Source: the human T2T-CHM13v2.0 reference genome, Homo sapiens. From it: DNA of 64,000 nt. Below are positions 57,780 through 64,000 of this stretch, piece after piece. Each line of letters starts with the position of its first letter. Positions within the stretch are counted from its first letter, which is position 1. Made by a program: the position numbers and the translations under genes. The stretch lies in assembly GCF_009914755.1 (NCBI RefSeq), contig NC_060938.1. One strand, given 5' to 3'. The notes beneath the pieces were generated by a model, which was given only the letters and a program-made list of their open reading frames with translations, did no database searches and was not told the origin of the DNA.

Positions 57780-58190
57780 TGAGTTGTTGCTAGAATTTTT
57801 AAAGTAAAATCCATATTCTGAATGTTCCACAAAATTGTTTCTGCCTAATTTTGAATTTCATAATCCACCTCTCACCACCCTGTGTTTAAGATCCAGGCAT
57901 ACTGTTTCTTTACTATTTGTCCAACATGCCTATCTCTTTTTTGTACCTTTGCAATGGTTCATAAGCTCACAGCCTGAGAATACTCATTTACCTTCTTTAG
58001 GTAGCCAACCAAGAGAGCTTTGTTATTCTTAATCATCTTATTTATAACAGGGAGAACACCCTTTCTCCCTATCAAGTTAATCCAGGTTACTATCTCATGA
58101 CATATTGTCCACTTTGTTCTCAGAAATTATAAACATCTGAAAATATGTTTTTTTCTCATTTAATATTTATCTCACTCACAGGAGCCTAAG
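57780..58190 (+). mobile_element. Decayed L2 fragment
   Basis: Pyrimidine-rich L2-like motifs (tttgtccaacatgcc, gtacctttgcaatggttc). Confidence 0.4.
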
Positions 58191-58320
58191 AGACAGGAGG
58201 AAAGAAAACTTTTAAAAATTATGTATGGCTTTAAAATAGGAATAAAGACATCCCTGAGACATTATACGTATAGATAGATATCTATATCTAGGAATGGATA
58301 GAGAGATTAGTTACGAGCAC

Positions 58321-60025
58321 TGATCTCTGAACTTTTATTCTCTTGCCCAAATTCCTAAGAGGTATGGGGACTCATTCCTTATAAACCATAAAATCTCATT
58401 ATGTGTTTTTTTTAATTAATCCATATAAGGTGGCTTACTTTTGTTGACGACAAGAGTCAAACTCTGTAAAATATGTGAAGAGATTTATTCTGAGCCAAAC
58501 GTAAGTGACCAGTGGATTGTGACGTTGCCCCAGGAGATCCTGAGAATATGTGCTCAAGGTGGTTGAGCTGTGGCTTAGATTTATACATTTTAGGGAGATA
58601 TAAGACGTCGATCAATAAATGTACATTGGTTCAATCCAGAAATATGGGGAAACTGGGGCATGGGGTGGGGATGGTACTTCCAGGTCACAGGAAGATTCAA
58701 AGATTTTCTGAAGACCTAGAATCAATAGAAGGGAGTGTTTGGGTTAAGATAAGGGGTTATTAATACCAAGGTTCTTATTATGCAGATGAAGCCCCCAAGA
58801 TGCATGCTTCAGAGAGAGTAGATTATAAATTTTTTTATCAGACTTAGTCTTAAGGTCTCTGTTTTGATGTTAATGGTGGTCAGCTGTGCCTGATTTCCAA
58901 CAGGGAGAGTATAATAAGGCACTATAATAAGACACTCATTATAAAAGAGTCTAACTCCCATTTCCCATCATGGCCTGAACTAATCTTTTAGATTAACTTT
59001 GGAATGCCCTTTGTCCAAGTGGAAGGTCCAGCAGTTGGTTGCAGGGCTTAGAATTTTATTTTTGGTTTACACATTGCAAACTGTGTGTGGTAAAGCATCA
59101 CATGACAAATAGCAGAATTGAAGGGAAATCAAAATATTTTAACTCAAAATATATTTTGAGATGGCTGCTACAGGGCCAGCAGACTGAAATAGCCATGCAA
59201 AGCCATCTTTTTGGGGGAAAATTTACATCTGTAGATAATCTCCATTAATGCATCCATGACTTCCCTTTCTAGACCTTTCCTGCATCCAGACGAGATTAAC
59301 TGAGAGTAAGACACCTTTAAAGGTCTGAAAAGAGATACCTTTGATCTATTTTCTCTGAGGGCTGCTACCTGTGAGTCTTCATATACATAACAAGGCTACC
59401 TTTGCTAGCCAATCCTCTTTCTTTCTCCCTCCCTTAACCTGTCTTGCTACGAAAACCTATTTTTGCCCATACTCTAAGCCAGCATTCTTTCTATAACCTT
59501 AAGATGGTAAGCTTCTGAACTTCACTGGGAGGTGGGGTCTTCATTTCGAAGACTCTCATGTATATACTTTACACAAATTTGTATGCCTTTTCTCTTATTA
59601 ATCAATCTGCCTCATATCAGTGATTTTTCAGGGAACCTCCAGAGGCTAAGGGCCTTGGCCCCCAAAGCCCCCTTATCTTAACTCAAGCATTTCTTTCTAC
59701 TGACTTTAAGTCTTTAAATAATAGTTTCACTCTCAACCGTCAACTAAAGAATCCCTAAAACCCACCTATGACTTGTAAGCTCTCTTTTTCAAGATTCCCT
59801 GCCTTTTCAGGCCAAACCAATGTATATCATCCATGTATTAATTTATGATTTTATCTGCAATTCCTGTCTCCCTAAAATGTATAAAACCAAACTGTTACCC
59901 AATTGCCTCTGGCACACTTTCTCAGGACCTCTTGAGATTATATAACCCTGGGCTGTAGTCACTCATATTGGTTCAGAATAAACCTTTTAAAATATATTTT
60001 GGCAAAATTTGTGGTTTTTTCATCT
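58321..60025 (+). mobile_element. MER4-group ERV1 LTR (subfamily uncertain), interrupted by a second LTR
   Basis: cttgcccaaattcct, aaatcaaaatatttta, cccacctatgacttg, ccctaaaatgtataaaacc, actcatattggttcagAATAAA. Confidence 0.7.
58442..59071 (-). mobile_element. MER4D/E-type ERV1 solo LTR
   Basis: tgttgac...gagtcaaactctgtaaaatat ... ttttatttttggtttaca; degenerate TSD cttt/catt. Confidence 0.82.
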
Positions 60026-60159
60026 TTAGATAGAAAGAAAAAATGACTATGTATAGGCGACCATAAAGACTTTAAAACAAAAAGATTAAGCATATGATTA
60101 CCTTGTGTTGGGTATATATTTCTGAATATATACACACACATGCTTACTTACATATGTCT

Positions 60160-60470
60160 TAGCATTTGGTGTGTTCATTGCTATTAGGGTATCATTGCGT
60201 CTAGACTCATCAGAAAGAACTAGGAAATATATGTATGTATTCTAATTCATGAATACACAGACACCAATATTTATTTCTATGTTTATCTGTATATATAATT
60301 TAACAAAAACCTAAGTTTTTATTAATACTTCTAATTTCAATCTAACTCTACTGGATTCATCTTAGCCTTCCACATTTCCTTATTTGTAACGTTCTTCTCT
60401 GACAGTGAGGAACCTGGCTTTCTTTTTCCATAATATATTCACTTATTTGGCCAATCCCACTATATGTACA
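60160..60470 (-). mobile_element. L1MC3/4-like 3' UTR fragment
   Basis: gtgttcattgctattaggg, tctctgacagtgaggaacctggct. Confidence 0.6.
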
Positions 60471-61539
60471 AATTTGCTCTCATAATTTTGTGCTCCCATA
60501 ACAAGGATTATGGATTAGCTTTCACATTGCTAAATCATAACCATTGAAAACATAGTAGCTTTAATTAGAGAAACATTCATAATTCCAAAACCAAGTTATG
60601 AAAGAAGAGATTTGGTTTCCTTCAAACTCAGAATTTAGTGTTTAAAAGGCCTGGAGGAAGCCCATTGCTTATAGCTTTCCCATAGCTTGCTGCTAACTTC
60701 ATGTTGAGGTTTCTTGATTCCTTGATAAACGTTTCTAATCTAAATCGTCACTTCATCTCTCTATCAAGCTTTGTGGGATAACACCTTGTTTTGTAATTTC
60801 ATTGTACTTGGACATTTCTATAGCACTCAATTTCTTAACTTTGGTATCTGGTTCATTTCAAAGCAACTATTACTAAGAATTATTCCTGCTCCTTACTTAA
60901 CATTTAAGCAATCAGTCCCAAACCAAATGAAATAAGTATCATAAGCCTTTTTAATATTTAGCTCTTTAATCTCCTTACTTCCACCATCCTTAGACTCATT
61001 CAAATAAATTTAGTTAAAATTCCTCTTTCCCTTGATGGCACAACTATCCCATGCCACCATCATTACTCAGGCTGAGACTTTAGAGACATTGTTGATTCTG
61101 CCTTTTACTTTGCTTTTAAATCCAGTTAATGGCTTCACATTTTAAATTTTAAGTTTTCTTCTCACCTATAACCTCTTTCACATTTTTATGCCCAGGAGAG
61201 GCTTTTGTAGTAATAAAACCCAGCAGCACATCCTGCATGGGAAATTTCAAATAGTTGCCCCTATAACCCTGATGTATTCTGCATACTGCTAAAAATAAAC
61301 CTTACTAAAATATCTGATGATATATTTTCTAGGGCCAATTTGGTTACATTAGAAAGCCCTAAGTATAATGCATTAATCAAATATTCAAGTCTTATTATGC
61401 TGTGATTTCAGCCAGTATTTCTGGAGGTGATCCTTGCTCTTCTCTTTGACATGCAACACCCTCAAGTAGAAATAGGAAACTCTAAATTCCCTGAACCTTC
61501 CTTCTTGTTAATTTTCTTTATATTACTCCTTTTTATTTC

Positions 61540-64000
61540 AGAGGAAAAGTTATGGCTCTAAAATTATATATTACAAATTTAAAAAATTCCGAGTTTTAGT
61601 AATATTAAAAAACCAGAAAAAAGCAAATTAATCTCAAAGAAAGTCGAAGAAATTATAAAGATATAAAAAGAAACCAGTGAAGTAGGAAACTAATATATAA
61701 TAGAAAAAGTCAACAAAGCTAAAAGTTGATCTATTAAAATGTTTCATAAAACTGACAGCACTCTGATAAAACTAATAAAATATATAATTTATATATCAAT
61801 TAATTTATATACCATATATACAATTTCAGTAGACAAAAAGGCAATGACTCAATAGATCCTACAGATATTAAAAAGATAAATGGGTAATAAGCTATATTAC
61901 AGATAATAAAATATATATACTCATTAATATCTGTATACACTCAGAGTAACACAAATTGACATAAAAATTTTGAGTAGGTTCATAGTTACTGAGGATGTTG
62001 AAACTCCCAAAAATTATCTCCTCAAAACAAGTAAAGCTCATATGATTTTACTAATGAATTTTGTTAAATAGTTTTAGGCAAAGCAAAAAACTATTTTAAC
62101 ACCAATTCTTCTTAAGAATAGAAAATGCAAAATGTATTGAGAATAACTAAAGAATAACTAAATAGTATCCTCTATTTACAAATTCAGTACTTTTACATTC
62201 AAATTTTCAGTAGGTTTTAGAATTGCAAATTGGTAAGTTGATTTTAGAATATATGGGGAAATAAAATGAACCAAAAAAAGCCAAATTTTTCATATTAGTT
62301 TTCAACTGCTGCACAAGTTACCACAGACTTGGTGTCTTAAAATAACATGTATTTATTATTTCACAGTTTCTTTAGATCAGAAGTCCAGTTTGGCTGAGAT
62401 CCCTGCTTACAGGATCATGAGTCTGAAACCAGGGTGCCAGCCAGGCTGCATACTTATCTGCAGGACTGTCCAGAGAATAATCCATTTCCAAACTCAATCA
62501 GGTTATTAACAGAACTCAGTTCATTGTAGGTCCCTGTTTTCTTGCTGGCTCTTAGCTAGGGTGGCTCCTACATCCTAGAGGCTACTCTCATGTCCTAGCC
62601 ATGCGGCCATATCACAACATGGCTTCTTACTTCCTAAGGCCAGCAAGTGAATCTTTCTCCAGTTTGCTATAGGATAGCCTTACACAATTTAATTTAATCA
62701 AAGGAGAAACAATCCCATCATTTACTCTATATAACATAAACTGATAAAAAGAGTAATTACCTCATCATATTCATAGGTCCTGCTTCCACTCAATGAGAGG
62801 GCACTATGGAGAATGTACATAACAGGGATTGGGAAACCAACCATCTTAGCATTCTGTCTGCTACAGTATTTCTTGAGAATAAGAATTAGGCTTCAGGGAC
62901 CTACACTGCCAATCATAAAAGGTTATTATAGAGCTAATTAACAAAATGTATTAGTTGTTGAAGAATTGACAATTATAGTAACAAAAGAAAATTGAAGCAT
63001 AGGAAAAAGACACAGACATCAAGAACTGCTATTTGGTTTAAAGATGACAATGTGGTGCAGTAAAGAGAAGATGACATTTTCAATATAGAATGCTGTTTCA
63101 ATTGGATAATCACCTTGGAAAAATAATAAAAGCATAAACAAATCTTTACCTCCTACCTTACATCATATACAAAAATTAATTCCAATTGACTACATGTCTA
63201 AGTGTGAAAATTAAAACAATAATGTTTATGGAAGACAACATATGCAAATATTTTTAGAACCTTAGGTTAAGGAAAGATATTTTGTAGAGAAACGAAAGGC
63301 ATTATTCATCAAGAAATTGATAAATTTGTCTACCTTAATCTTATAATTTATATTTCTCAAGAATACCATTAGAAAGTGAAAATACAATTCACAAATTAGG
63401 AGAAGATACACTTATCCACGCTATATCAAGGACTTCTAGAAATCATTAAGAAAACAGTTATCTCTATTTTAAAAATTGGGTAGTAGACTTTTGGGGTAAA
63501 AAAAAAGAATATCTAAGCAGCTAATAAATGAAAATCTGTTTAAACGAATTATTAGTAACATGCTTAACCTAATTATTAGTACTCCATGATGTTATACTGG
63601 CATTCATCCAACAAAATAGCTAAAATTGAAAACAAAACAAATGAACAAAAAAACCCTGACAATTCCAAGTTTGGGGCAGTATATAGAGTAATTGGAAGTC
63701 TCATACATTGTCATTAGCAATGTAATTTGGTAAAATCACTTTGGAGAAGAGCACAATTGTGTCTAAAAAAGTCAGACAAATTTATAGCCTATGAATTTCC
63801 AGGAAATGTTAAGTCATTCAACTTCCTGGAAATTTCTTTTATATATGTATCAAAAGATACACAGAGAAAGATTTATAGCAGCCTATTTGCACTAGCCCCA
63901 ATTTGGAAGCAACCCAATTGTATATCAACAGTAGAATGGATAAGTAAATTATGGTATATTTTGACCTGTAATGGAATGCTAAAGGGCAATAAGAATGCAT
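61540..64000 (+). mobile_element. Ancient L1ME ORF2/3' region, interrupted by MLT1E and running off window end
   Basis: Decayed ORF2 motifs (atagatcctacagatattaaaaagata, catatacaaaaattaattcc, ttggaagcaacccaa). Confidence 0.7.
62291..62865 (-). mobile_element. MLT1E-type MaLR solo LTR
   Basis: tattagttttc...ttaccacagacttgg...tcacagtttct...ccatcttagcattctgtctgctaca. Confidence 0.78.

Overview
This is AT-rich, CpG-poor primate DNA, either intergenic or deep intronic, made mostly of nested transposable elements. A young full-length L1PA2-like element implies a great ape, possibly human. I see no host gene exon, RNA gene or CRISPR array. Main features: (1) a ~6.04-kb full-length L1PA2-like LINE-1 (44668-50708, +) with a 9-bp TSD, intact ORF1, and ORF2 split by two small deletions into an 856-aa EN-RT ORF and a 388-aa C-terminal ORF; (2) an old minus-strand L1 (6385-15128) carrying a MER75 piggyBac MITE, a tail-less L1PA4/5 insert and an LTR1-group solo LTR; (3) a two-LTR MSTA/THE1D MaLR provirus with a perfect TSD; (4) a full-length decayed Tigger1 containing a THE1B LTR; (5) many solo LTRs, Alus, and MIR, L2 and L1M remnants. 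The least expected structures are a ~200-bp local duplication fused to an Alu monomer with template-jump and fold-back signatures (20.7-23.1 kb), a candidate internally primed L1, a 62-bp micro-L1 with a 14-bp TSD, and a perfect palindromic four-unit heat-shock element. I found no convincing new biological system. Subfamily names are from recall of consensus sequences and need RepeatMasker/Dfam confirmation.
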